Assembly: GCF_001194135.2 (NCBI RefSeq) | Contig: NC_068995.1 | Location: 20,463,143-20,527,142, forward strand | DNA length: 64,000 nucleotides | Source of the DNA: Octopus bimaculoides | Taxonomy: Eukaryota | Direction of reading: 5' to 3' | In this document: piece by piece, positions 25,784-38,893 of the stretch | Layout: each line of letters begins with the position of its first letter | Position numbering within the stretch: position 1 is the first letter of the stretch | The notes under the pieces: model-generated | The model's input: only the letters and a program-made list of their open reading frames with translations | The model's database searches: none | What the model was told of the DNA's origin: nothing | Translations under genes and position numbers: made by a program

Positions 25784-27584
25784 TTGGGATTTTTTCTTTT
25801 GCCTACCATTTTCCTTTCTATTTTCAGGTCAGCTGATGTTGAAATATAAATTTTATTTCACACATGAACCTATGCCGAAATATATAGTTTTATCTAAAAT
25901 ATTAATGAATAAAGAAAATAGAAAAGTAACTCTATATAATTGCTTTTTCTGACAAATCTACCTCATGTAAAATGAAAGAGTATCCTGGGATAGGTGATAA
26001 TTGCTTTAAGTGTCCTATACATTATGCCAGTCAGTGTGAATGCTGTAAAAGATAGCAGCCAGTCATGAAAACACCTGCCTTCAAGTGGGATGTTTTATGC
26101 CCATCCTCTTGCATAGGTTTTCTTATTTTTTAAGTCCACAATGCTATGTATCTATTTCATTAGCAATCAAGTATTAGTCTAATAATTCAAATATGTGAAA
26201 GGTTTAATTACATTAATTAGATGAGCATTATCTTCGTTACTTTTAATTAAATGAAATTAAAAGTCTTTTGAAATGTTAATGTTTCATTAGTACAGGTGTA
26301 AATAACGCATCTCGTGGGCTGAGTACAGAAAAAAATCTATTGTTTGTCCTTTTATTGTGCTCTTTAGCTTCCCACCCTAACAATCAGCTCTTATTGTAGT
26401 CGGTGGTGGTGGTGGTGGCTAAGTGTTTATAATCCGCTTAGTTAAGCTGGTAATGTTAATCTGGGTATATTTGTTGCTTGATCTCTCCATGAGTTTGTAT
26501 GCTGATATTATATATACTGCCTTAACCTGCTAACACCATAAATGTTATTCCTCCATAATCTCTCTCATCTGTCTACCTTTCTATTTAATTCGTTTTCCAT
26601 CCACACTGGCTCTGCATATCCATTAATACTATAATAAAGTTTTCCTAAATGCGCAGCACTACTACAACCAAACTGCTTCCTAGCAATTTTGTGAATTTTG
26701 GCTTTTCTATTTTTCTTTTTTTTTAAAATAGGTTTCATTTAAATCTTAATGTTGCTTTTTTTTTTTATATATTCTAAGAACTATTTTCCTTTCCTCTCAC
26801 TTTTATTTTAATTATCCTTTCTGTACTGATAATTAGTGAGTGAAGGTATTGTTGGTTTTGTGCTGAAGGCAATCAGCCAATTAGATAACTTTTTGTCATC
26901 AGAAATAGAAGTCTGGTGCAATTGCTGCGTTGGAAAATGGCTTTGTAGATTAGATTAAGTCTTACACAAAAATACTCTTTGTTAATCACATTTGACTCAC
27001 CTTTTCTTAATTAATTTGAAAAAACATTAACGAAACAAGTTTCGTGATTTTTTTTTTTGTTCTCCTTTTACACGTTAAGCTCGTGTTTGAATGAGTGCGT
27101 GAAGGTGGGTGGTCTTAAGGTCACTGGGGTCATTTTTGTCTGGAGGGGGAAATAGAGTAAGGAACTACATTTTTTGATTCCTGTTTCAAGGACACCTTCC
27201 TATAACAACCAAGGAGATGGACAATAAAAGTTAATGTTTCATGTTTACCCCACACGATAAGGATTCCTCTGCAATTAGTGTCGACCATTTCAACTATGCC
27301 AACAAGAGAGGCTTGAATGTAGTTGGTCGCCCAACTAGAAATAAATCAGATTTCCCTTAACCCTTTCAAATGTAACATTTCTGCATTCACATTGTTTTGT
27401 ATTAAGCGTGCATTATCTCATAGCTTTGAGGATTTCAATATTACTTTCAGAATCACATTGTAAGGTAGGTGTGATAAGTTGGATGTGACTGGTCTCATCA
27501 TAAAACAAGTTGAATATTTGGGCCTCATATGGTTAAAAGGTTAATTTTTTTTCTTTCTTAGAAAGCATACACTGGACAATGATC

Positions 27585-27635
<51 letters not shown>

Positions 27636-27641
27636 CACATG

Positions 27642-27701
27642 TGCCAGTATGGACAATGGACGTTAAATATATGCTAGCATGGACAATGCACGTTAAATGC
27701 A
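27642..27701 (+). repeat. Tandem pair (30-nt period) of an isolated SINE 3'-tail motif, directly after (TA)n
   Basis: tgccagtatggacaatggacgttaaat / tgctagcatggacaatgcacgttaaat resembles the A2/D tail (cagcatggaaaa.ggacgttaaa). Confidence 0.6.
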
Positions 27702-30700
27702 CATGAGTGTGCACATCCATGGAGTCTAAACACCGTTTATATTAATGTTCTGTGTTATTTAGTATCTTATAAGTCGGCAACAGTACAACACAACGGTATT
27801 AACACTGTGATCTTAGCTTTTAGGAATGTTTTGCTTGAGAAAATTGGGAAATTAAAGTGGGAAATAGTAGATCATTGATTGAAACGATTTGGTGTTACAT
27901 GTCGGTTTTAATTAATCTTTTAAAACAAAACAATTCAATCCATGGAAGCAAACACGGTCTCAACTCGTGATTCTAGATTTGAGACGGATCAGCTCGTTTT
28001 GTCGATATTTAGTTTGCATCCTAATGTTGAAAGTTGTGGAGTAGTCACTCTTTGAAAATTATTTTAGTTGCACCTGTCAAACTAACATCATGGAAACCAT
28101 ACAAAATGCATATAGATTACGTGACCTGCATGTTGTAACCACCAGGATTCATTCAACACTTCAAACTCGGCCACATGTTAAGAGTCTCATTGCATGCCTC
28201 TTTCTCTCCTTATAAATATGAAAAGTCCATAAGTGAGAATATCATCCGAATGATTTCATATACATAAAACAAACAAGGGAACAAGGGGCCTAACTGTCGA
28301 ATTAATCGATATTTTTGCTGCTCAGAACTTCAAAAGCAAATCCCATAAGCTCACATTTTCTTTGACGGGACAGTGCTGCTGCTGCTTGCTAGGCACGTCT
28401 GTTCGAGCAGACTTGGTTGAGGCTTTTAACCAACTAATATTACGAACAAGAGACCTTTCCAAGTTTATAAGTTGTTTTGGATGTAAGCTTTGTGTGTGTG
28501 TGAAATTTAAACTGTTTGGGTGTGTAGTGTAGATCTAATGTTAGAAAATGTTAAGGTGTGAAGCACTGTATTATTGAAATTCAATTCACACAGTTGCTTG
28601 TAACTGCCGCTAAATTTTAATTACTGAATTCCAATTGATGTTTTTATAATATATTGTTTATGGTACAGATAGCTTCAAGAATCCCATGATTAACCCAAAC
28701 AAATTAGGTTATGTTGGTACGGATATATTTTATACATATGTATGTATGTATGCATGTATATATATATATATAGCAAGCAGCATACTTGTCTGCTTAGACA
28801 TTCTTTTGATATTTTAGCATTTGTTTGGCTGTGATGGAGAATGAGGAACTATCATCGTTAATTCATTATTAATATTAATATTAATCTATTGTGTACGTGA
28901 TTTTTTGTTTGTATTCGTTCTGAAACTGACTGGTTCGAAACTAGGGCAAATAGTGTGTACTACTACATTGTCGGTTTTGCTAGACAGTAGGTAGTCCCTC
29001 TCTCTCTCCCTCCTAAAGAGGTTCCTCTACTCTACGATTGCACTACTAACATCTCTATTACTGCTATGACTTTTACTTCTACAGCACTTACGACCATGCT
29101 AATATGCAACTGCTATTATTACGACGTTGCTACTAATTATTACGACTGATAAGGCTGCCTCTACCGTTACGACTGCCACTGTTAATCGACCATGCTAATA
29201 TGTCAATCGGCTTTGTTCCGTCTGTATTTGTTGATAACTTTTACTCTCGGCAAGTGAACAATCGCTGCTGCTGCTACTACTGTGTGTGTGTGTGTGACTG
29301 ACTGAGGGGTAGGGGAAATTTAGTTAATACTAAGCTATCTTACTATAATTGATACTATCGTTTTATTCAGAAATCTTGTCTCCTGCTTTGCAGTTTTATG
29401 TACTAAATTCCCTGCTTCTTATAGCTATTTTTTTTCTCCCCATCTGACCTTTGTAGAACCCATTTTGATCCATTATGTATATATTTGCATCTCACGTCAG
29501 CTTTAGGAAGATCTGAAGCAACAACTCCGTCCATCCCTCCTTTTTAAGTGTCCGTTGCAAAAATCATTTCCCCATCTTTTTATTTTTTTTAACTAATAAA
29601 TGGAAACCATTCCGCTCTGGTTGTTACATTTATATTTTGGCAACTGGAGACTGAAAACTTGCCAGTTACATTCTTTATGTACATAGTCTGGCTCTTTCTT
29701 TTTTCTCTCCCTCTTTCTCGCTCTTTCTCACCCAACCCCCCCCTCTCTCTCTCTCTCGCCTTCTCTCACTCTCTCTCCTATCTTCTCTCACCCTCTCTCT
29801 CTCCATCTCTCGCATTCTCTCACCCTCTTTCATTTTTCTTCCTATCTAGTTGTGTAGTAACTACTAAAAGTACTTGGTTGAATTATCTGTGTGTGTGTGT
29901 GTGTGTGTGTGCGTGTGCGCGATATTATGTTGTGTACACACACCAAACGAAAGCTGTACTTACACTATCTGCATGTTACATATCTCTATTGTATGAACAA
30001 TTCACATCTCCACTTTATGCTTGTCTCTACAAATACATTGTGTGTGCATGCGGTTTTTGAAGGTCGTTTATCCTTGGCTGCAATTACTGTGTTTAAAGTG
30101 TGTATATGTATGTGTACACACGTACATAATCAATGGGTAACGTAATTAAAACTTAGTGTATGTCGTTCAAATGGAAAAATTCCTCTCACAGCCATTATCA
30201 TAATCTTCATACCAACGAAAACTACCTGAATAGTTCTCGTGTACTAGTAGCAGTCTGCCGAGTAGCCTAATTATTTCGTTGGCCTGAAGATACTCATTTA
30301 TTTATATCAGTTAGGAGGCATCAGGTCTCGCTAGAATCGTCCTATTAGAATTTTCCAGCAAATAGGACAGTTTGCAGGTTTATTTGTTTTTTCTTCTTTC
30401 TCCCTCGAGCTGATGTTTGTTGTTCCAGAGCAGATCTGTTTTTTTTTTTCCCTAGTTTTCATTTATTTTTTCTTTTCGATTTTCAATTTTTGTTGTCTGT
30501 GAATTCCCTCCCCTGTTTCACTTTCAGCCCGTCTCTTTTGACCGACTTCAACTGATATTCCTCCAGCTATTGATTTTATTGGAACGATGCTGTTGTATTA
30601 TTCTACATTGTTGTTGTTGTTGTTTAGAGGTCCTAAGCAGAGTAGAACAGCCAACAGGAATCTTGCTTTGTAGGATCGTATTCTGCTGAAGTCGGTTTTG

Positions 30701-31819
30701 TTTCTCATTTCACCTGTGTTTCTAGAATCATTTCCATTCAGTTCTTGAATTTCTTTGCAAAAACAGACCGGCAAGAGTTTAGATTTTTTTTTTTTTTTTT
30801 CCCGTTTCGAATCTTAAGAGTTTCTGTTCTTCATCCCCAGAATGTACAAAGTAGGGACGATTATTTCACTCGAAAATAGTCATTTTTAAAGTTAACTATT
30901 TCTCTTTGCTGTCATTTCAGTGGAATAGTTTTAGCAACGCTTGTACCTAGTTGAAGCAATGAATGATTTCCTAATTTCCAACTGCTTGCTATTTATTTAC
31001 TCCTTTTGGGAACAGGACTAGACAGGTTATTGGTGTATTTGTCTGACAGCTGATTGTTGTAAGGCTTTCTTCGAATACCTAGTTTCTTTCGTAGGCCACT
31101 ACTCAATCAAACTAATTTCTTTTACTATAATCCCATAAACGCCTACTCGCAGACGCTTTATTAACATAAACGTCACAAGTTCAATGCTAGTTATTTCCTT
31201 TAGTTGGAAACCTATTACAGTATAGCATCTCTTTCTCTCTCTGGTCTCTTTACCTAGCCTCTTAAAATCTACCTGTTTTCTTTGGAATTCCTTTCATTTT
31301 TATCTTCCATAAACTAGAAACTTCAAGGATGTGTTTTATACCAATATAGCATGTACCATAGTTGTGCAGGTTCCTTTCCTGCACGGATTAGTTAATACCC
31401 AGCTCCTTTCTGTTCACACACACATACTCTGCTAGTTCTTTGATACTCTGGAAACTGGTAAAATTGGAATTACTCTACCATACTTTAGTGACCATATTTC
31501 ACATGAAATATGATGATCCGTTTTACTTGAAATTTTTGTTTTGATAAAGATTTTAAAGGATATGAAAGGCAGCCTCAGGTGGAATGGTGTCAACAGAACT
31601 AAAAGGTCTAAGTGGACAATGATATGTCATATTTGTAGATGTTGAAGTAGATTATACCATCACTAACAACTTGAAAGGATGTTACATTGTCTGGAGTAAA
31701 AGCTAGGGAGATTTTAAAGAGAAACTCGTACATTTGAACTGAATTTAATGAAGACCAAGACATTTGAAAATTTGCAACAAAAATTTAAGTGATAATGGGG
31801 TGTTGTAAATTAAATTTTT

Positions 31820-31960
31820 TCTTTTACTCTGGTACTGGTTTCAATCATTGAATTGCAACCATGCTGAGAGTACCCACTTCTTTCAAAAGTTTTAAAGGAT
31901 CATGTCAACCCTAGTAATTATTTCATTTTGCTATATACCTTATTGATCCTTGTCAAACTG
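31820..31960 (-). mobile_element. Degenerate SINE A1 3'-tail fragment
   Basis: tcttttact...gtttcaatcattgaattgcaaccatgctg matches the A1 tail. Confidence 0.45.
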
Positions 31961-32016
31961 TTACAAGATGTAAAGAGACCCAAATGCTAGTTTTCAGACC
32001 AGTGTAAACATACAGA

Positions 32017-32400
32017 TGTTTTAGTGTCCACTTTAATGTGCTAGTATGGTTTCAACCTGAAATTTAGTTTGAAGCATGATATTTTGGCCAGAATGCTCTT
32101 GTCACTAACCCTCACCTGTTTTCCAGGTAAGGGATTTTCTTTTTTATATATTTCACAAGTGTTTGCCAGTGTAGAGGCACTCAGTCATGTCAACAAGGAA
32201 TTTCAACATAAGCATTGCTTAGCAGTGACAAGCAATGCATCAAGATTCCTGTATATGTGAAATGCACAAGAATAGACATGATACAGTTTCCACATTACCA
32301 AATCCACACAATGCAAATAATAGCTGGTCCAGGGTGATAGAAGACACTTCCCTGATGTACCATGCAGTGAACCATTTGTGAAATGAACTTCTTGACCAGA
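32017..32400 (-). mobile_element. Degenerate SINE type A2 containing a splice-signal motif on the + strand
   Basis: Tail ttttagtgtccacttt, internal ccagaatgctcttgtcactaaccctcacctgttttccagg, accaaatccacac, gaagacacttccc. Confidence 0.65.
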
Positions 32401-35049
32401 TAATGATATATCTCTATATACCCAAATTCTCCAAACAGGCACCTTGAAATAAATCTTTCTGAATGTGAACACCTCACTGGCTCCAAAAAGAAACACAGTT
32501 GCTTCTGTTTCTCAAAGATAACAAAAATTGTTTCTTGAAGATGAAATTCTTCTATATTGCTCCACTTCACATGGCTGTTGGGTGGGAAAATGGATCCTCC
32601 TGTAGACTTAGTCTAATGATACGGAGAACCTGATGCCATTTACCTGTGAAGCCAGAGCTAATTTTACTAGTGGCCTATACTCATAAATCAATATTAATTA
32701 ATTTTAATCTGTCATGTTTGCTAATTTCAGTGTTTTGCTATGAAATATTTTACAGTGGGTCTAAAACTGAAAACCTAAGCCACATATTTTACAAGTACTA
32801 ACTACAGTAGTGACCTAGAAATGCAGAATATTTCAGTTAAACAATGCATGAAGCTTATGTATGAATCCTGCAATAACTTTGGTGTTTTGTGTGCTGATGG
32901 AATATCAACTGTATTGTAATGGCCTATATTTAGGGTCTTTCTTGGTGAAACACTGTACCAGTCATTATTGTGGTTACCTCGAATGGAGCCAGATATAAAC
33001 CTCAAGGCTGAGTATCTTGTCTGTGGCAGCAAAATAGTTATATTTCACTGGGGCTCATTAGTTTTTATTAGAATATTTGTCTGTCACTAGTTTGGACTCA
33101 CTAGTTATTAGTATGATATGAAGGTACATATTTAGCAGCAATGTGCAATGTTCACGTGTTTGATTGTCTTGATATGTCTTATTATCAGCCTGACGTAGGA
33201 AGAAATCACTTCTGAAATTCTTTCAGTGAGAAATACCGAAAGTAGCAGAGTAATTAAGAGCTCAGTCACTGAGTGTACTGTATGGTTAGGTAGCTCACAC
33301 TTGACAGAAATCTACTGAGTTGACCAGTGATAGTCCCATACAGAAATATTATTCCGAGACTTGCATCTTCTCAATTTGATAGACCTTTTTCTTGCATTTA
33401 AATGCTAGACATCTTGGTCTAATTTTGGTTTTTCAGCTTTTGTCTGTGAAATCACTTTCTTCAATTCAATAGAAAGCTTTTATCTCTTTTAAAAAGCTGA
33501 TATTGATTTTAAGCTCAGCTGCTATTAAGTTCCTTTTGGTCCTCAGTTTCTTCCTTATATTTGCTACAACAGCTTTTAGGGTCATATGTCACTAGCTTTC
33601 AAGTCCATTGCAATAAAATTTGGCTTTCTACGCTAGTTCTTAGATTATGGATCTTCAATATATTTCTTAATAGTTGCAAATGGTTTGTTCTTTGCATGAA
33701 ATCCATTTTACAAACTACTAGTTATAGAAACTAGTACTGCACATTCAACATTTATATTCAATCCATTAAAACCTTTTTCTTTTTCAAATGGATTTCACGT
33801 CAAACATACAAAATGTTGGCATCAAATCATAGTTTAAACATCTTGCTAATACATAGTGATAGAACAAACACACACACACCCCTCACTTTTCTCTTTGCTC
33901 ACTTAGATGAAAGTTTTTTGTTGAATGACATTTTTATTAGTGTATAATATTGATTTTTTTTTCAATGTTTTGGGTGGACGAAGATTAGCAAGACGTGCTA
34001 AGTATATGCATCAATGAAATTCTTCGTGTGTGTACGTGTGCATGCACATGCACACACAACCTTTTGCATCAACTCTCTCATTTGTAAGTTTAATTTAAAA
34101 TATAAATTTAGGATGTAAAGAGTAGGAAGAAGCTGATTTTTTCTTCTTCTGTATTGTGAATGATAACCTTGTGAACAAATGTGCACACAAACATACTTAA
34201 AATTCACTAATATGTTAGTTGTTGATAGTTGTACTGTGCACAGGGCAAATATCCTTAATTCTTGCTGGCTGAATCCACATACCTGCATATTAATCATGTG
34301 AACAGTAACCTAAATATATATGGAGCTTATGATTGTACTCATAATCAGTGCATACCCCGAGGAAGAAAATCATATTCCTAGCCCTCTTGGCTTGATATAT
34401 CATTTTCATGTAACCCATTACCTCAGTAGTAATATTTTTTTAGAAAAGTTGACCAGGTAAGGAATTTCTTGCAAAACTCTAATCTGGTACAGTTTATATT
34501 TTCACTGAAAATAGATGACATTTAGTATAAGGTTTGTATTATTTCATTGTCACATTAAGCTGTACCAATTATTTTCCATCCTGTGAATGTTAGAGGGATA
34601 GCAAGAGTTTCTACTCCACATGGTTACTTGGAGTTCCACATGCTTGTTCGATGTGTATTTCATAATATAGTGGGCTAGGCTTCCTCAACAACATCAAGTT
34701 ATGAATTGAGTGTGCATGTGTAATAGCATAATCTAAGATTATATAACCATGGACATAAACATTGATCTATCTGAATTAGAACTCAAGCTGGATGTGTCCA
34801 CACCTCTTAAATGCAGAACCAGGATGTTGAGAGTAGATTGCTTGTGTGAATCATAGCCATGAGTTGGCTTGTGCTATACACAATGAGTGAAGTTTAGTTC
34901 AAGCTCTGTTGACAGTACTTTCCCCCACACACCTTTTTTTTTCTTTTTCTTTTTACACAAGTAATCTACAGATTATACAGTTTGTAATCCAGATCTTGCC
35001 TATAGATGCATGAAAAAAATTTTTGTCAGTACATCAGCATATTTTTTAA

Positions 35050-35247
35050 CCCTTCTAGCATTTAAACCAGCCATATCCAGCCCAAATATTCAGTTTTATG
35101 TTCAAGTTGGCCAGATCTGGCCTTTCACACCAACCCCACAATGTCATTTTAAGAACAGTCAAATTCTGATGTCACAAGATTATGCATGATTAATTCAAAA
35201 CAATGTGAAGGAATGTTACAGTTGACAGTAATCCGAATACTAAAGGG
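35050..35247 (+). mobile_element. MITE with intact TTAA target-site duplications, piggyBac-like
   Basis: TTAA(35046-35049)-CCCTTCTAGCATT...AATACTAAAGGG-TTAA(35248-35251). Confidence 0.85.
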
Positions 35248-36195
35248 TTAAGGCAGTGTGAATACTTGATCTATTTAATCTCAAATCAAACCCGATTGAG
35301 CAGATATGAAATGTTCCATCTTTTTGAAGAGTACTGGAAAACCGACCTTTTCTGCTCCAAAGAGAATGGAGGTGACAGATTTGGCTGCTATTTTTAAATG
35401 GCCATCTTACCTTGTAGAGTCACCTGGGAAAGTGACGGCTGTGATTAGATTAATGGAACTCCATCCAATAGCTTTTGTGAGTTTGTCCTGGGAAAGACTT
35501 TTGTTTCCTTACAAATGGATATCAGATACAGAACCGTTTTAAGATGGCTCTATTTGCATGGCATAATGAATAAAAGGAACAATCAGTCTTTTAAATTTGA
35601 GATTCATCTCAATAGAACCACAAGTCCTATGGAGATTTACTTCATTGTTTACTAGGATTGTATGTGCATATAAAATGCTTGTATGTCTAAAGCTGGGGAT
35701 GTAATTTGTACCCATGTATACACATCTTACACATGCACATGGCACTTTTGGAGACAACTTGCACATCTATCTATATACACATAGATCTCACACACGCACA
35801 ACCACTTGATTGATTAACTGTGTTAAATAAAGTTGGTTCGATATTTAACTGTGACTAATAATGAAGTGGAATTGAACCTATGCAAATGTCATTATTGGTG
35901 TTATGACTCAACCAAGACAACAGTTTGTTTCAGCACACACATTTACATGAATCTTGTGCATCAAATACAGACGAAATGCGTGTGTGTGTGTGTGTGTGTG
36001 TATACGTGTGCATACATACATCTCTCTAGATATCTAGTTTCATTCACATATACATCTCAGTACATATTCATTAGTCTGGGTATATCTGGGTTCGTATTAC
36101 TTACCTGGTACACCCATTACCCTGGTACATGTACCTTTCCTGATGTGCATGTCAGGGTACATGTAGTCATACATATTGTATGTACACCAAAATGT

Positions 36196-36575
36196 GGAGG
36201 TGCAAATGACCCAGTGGTCAGGGCAGCAGACTCTGTCATAGGGTCGTGGTTTTAATTCCCAGACTGAGTGTTGTGAGTATATTGAGCAAAAGCACCTAAA
36301 TCCCCACAAGGCTCTGGCAAAGGGTGGTAGCCAACCCTGCTGTATTCTTTCACCATAGTTTTCTCTCCCACTCTCTTCCTATTTCTGCTGTACCTGTATT
36401 TCAAAAGGCCAGCCCTGTCGCAATGTGCCATGCTGAATCTCCCCGAGAACACGTTAGGGTACTTGTGTCTGTGGAGTGCTCAGCCACTTGCACATTAATT
36501 TCACGAGCAGGCTGTTCTGTTGATTGGTTCAACTGGAACCCTCGTCGTCATAACCGGAGTACCATGACACCAACA
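36196..36575 (+). mobile_element. tRNA-derived SINE, type E (distinct family), near full length
   Basis: Head GGAGGTGCAAATGACCCAGTGGTCAGGGCAGC (A-box-like) and GGTTTTAATTCCC (B-box-like). The body resembles an abundant octopus SINE as I recall it; single copy in the window. Confidence 0.7.
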
Positions 36576-36696
36576 TAGTGTATATATACATATACATGTG
36601 CCTATTGTTCATGTGTACATACTCAGTGTCTGTGTGTTCACATGCATGCAGTGTCCTTGCATACATGTGCACACTTGCACTGATATTTGTGTGTAA

Positions 36697-36730
<34 letters not shown>

Positions 36731-37989
36731 TATGTACGCACTCATTCAGCTTGTACGTGATATGTGTATTCACATTCACTGGCAGTGTGTACACTCCCTT
36801 TTTTTAAAATTTTATATCACACATCTCTCAAATTTTTACTAAAGCATCTCTGATTTGAATATGGATTTTTTTTTTGTTAAAAATACTTGGAATAAATATA
36901 TAAATCCCTGTTCTTGTGGTCAGTTGACTGACCATGGTGGTAGTAGCAGCAGTTATTTGAGAAGTGCTCATTACAGTTGTAACTGATAATGCTGTGAAAA
37001 TGTTTATTATTGGAGCTAACAGTTCAATTAACTATTTTTTCCTCTTTATATTGTTTTTCTTCATCTAAGAATGGAACCTGTTGTAGCTGTTTTTTTAATG
37101 TCTTTGAGAAACACAAGACCACCTCAGCTGCAGATTTCTCATTCTATTTGCTGTAGCTACTCTCTTAACCTAATTAAAGATTCTCTCTCATTACTTAATT
37201 TCTTAAATCAATATTTATGGTGAATTCCTTAGTGCCAGCCTATTAGCCATTTCATGAGAAATTCTTTTTTCCTTTACTCAAAAATGCAACATTTAATTTT
37301 ATTGTTGGTAACCAATACTTTTTTCATCCCCCACTGTGGTTAGATGGGATTTTCAGATTAAAAACCTGTCTTTGTTGTTCAACTTGTTATAGTTCTGTCA
37401 TGACCAAAATTTTTTGACAATTGTAGCATTCGTTGAATCTTCTTGCTTCTCTTTCATTCCATCTTGAGAACACAGTATATAGAAATTTTAAAATGTAAAT
37501 AAATAATGTTTCGACTTCTTTTGTGATTACTTCTATTTTGCACAAAAGCCTGAATGCTATCAAAACGTTCTGTACTATTCTCTTTGCACTACCCATGTTC
37601 TGCAGAATGCAGACATACAGGGAACCATAACTCAGATATTGTACATAATCATGTTAGCTCTCATAGCATACATGGACATACATTTACATGGAACTTTCCT
37701 AAATATCTTGTTTGCAGATGTGCAAGATGTTACTTGTTCAACACCTTCATGAGAAGGATTGTGCATGTCTGACATTTTATTCATTTATCTTTGATCGGTA
37801 TTGTTTGTTTTAACCTAATGATTTTTACCATTTTTAAAAACGTTTATGCATTTGAGTTCTTTATTGTAAAATAACTCTATTCAAGGTATAATGTACTGCT
37901 TTTTTTCATGTACTTCTATGAAATAGTTATTCTGTAGAATATTTTTTAGATATTTGTTTATATGCATACAAATTCTCTTTCTTTCTCGT

Positions 37990-38350
37990 CCATGTCGGTA
38001 GTCGTTGGGTCAGCATTAATCACTTCCTGTCACAATCTTTTTCTTTAAGTACATTGTACCAAATTGACATATTTCATCCTTTCGTCTTGGTAGGTCACAT
38101 CTGGGATCACTATGCTACTCATCACTTTTTCACTCAAAATTTCTTATATCATCTGACCTGTTAAATAACCTCTGGTCATTTCTCCTGTACAAGTTGGCTG
38201 TTCAATGTCTAGCTCACTTGTGTTCTTCTACCTATAGCCTACAAATCGTTGATTCCACCTCATTACTTCTCTTCAGCATCTGCAGACTTTTTCACTGGAT
38301 GAACTGATGACCCCCTCAAATATGAAATAGTAGAACCACTTCTTGACTAG
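37990..38350 (-). mobile_element. Probable degenerate RTE-like LINE 3' fragment
   Basis: Hand translation of the minus strand gives *ARH..RRNDQR and DLPRRKDEICQFGT, resembling RTE ORF2 WAGHxAR..DxRW and GRPPRRWxDEI. Confidence 0.4.
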
Positions 38351-38768
38351 ACGAAGTAATGTACCTTACCTCAGGATACATTTGCTGCTATGTAATTATG
38401 ACCATGTGGTCAATATTAGTCCTAAACCACACAGTCAGTATTTCTAACTTACACCTTAAACATAGTCAAAGCTATTGTTTCCGAGCTACAGTGATTTCCC
38501 ATTTAGCAATAGATGTGTATATATTTAGTATGCCATCTGTTAGGAAAGTGAAATAAGCATGTTCTGTTTATTGCAGCAATATAGATCAATGTTATTCACT
38601 CATCTTTTAATTAAATAAGCCCTCTTATTCATTTTTGTTTTTAATCTTTTAGATTTCAATCATTAAGATGCAGCTTAGTCAAACCTTGTACTTATTTCAA
38701 TCTACTACTTAACCATTTGATAGATAGATATGTTACCATTTTGACAGTGACACTGATGTACCTGCACA

Positions 38769-38893
<125 letters not shown>

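Noticed and set aside
30505-30545. Acceptor-like ccctcccctgtttcactttcAG at 30527
   Set aside because: No matching downstream donor and an in-frame stop within five codons; T-rich introns generate many such sites.
34441-34462. Another CAG|GTAAGG motif (junction 34456/34457)
   Set aside because: Purine-rich upstream with competing AGs and no branchpoint, so a poor acceptor. A 13-nt microexon (34444-34456) is conceivable but unsupported.
36196-36270. tRNA-like A/B boxes here and in the heads of the A1 copies
   Set aside because: They continue into SINE bodies and cannot form a full cloverleaf with an acceptor stem; not tRNA genes.
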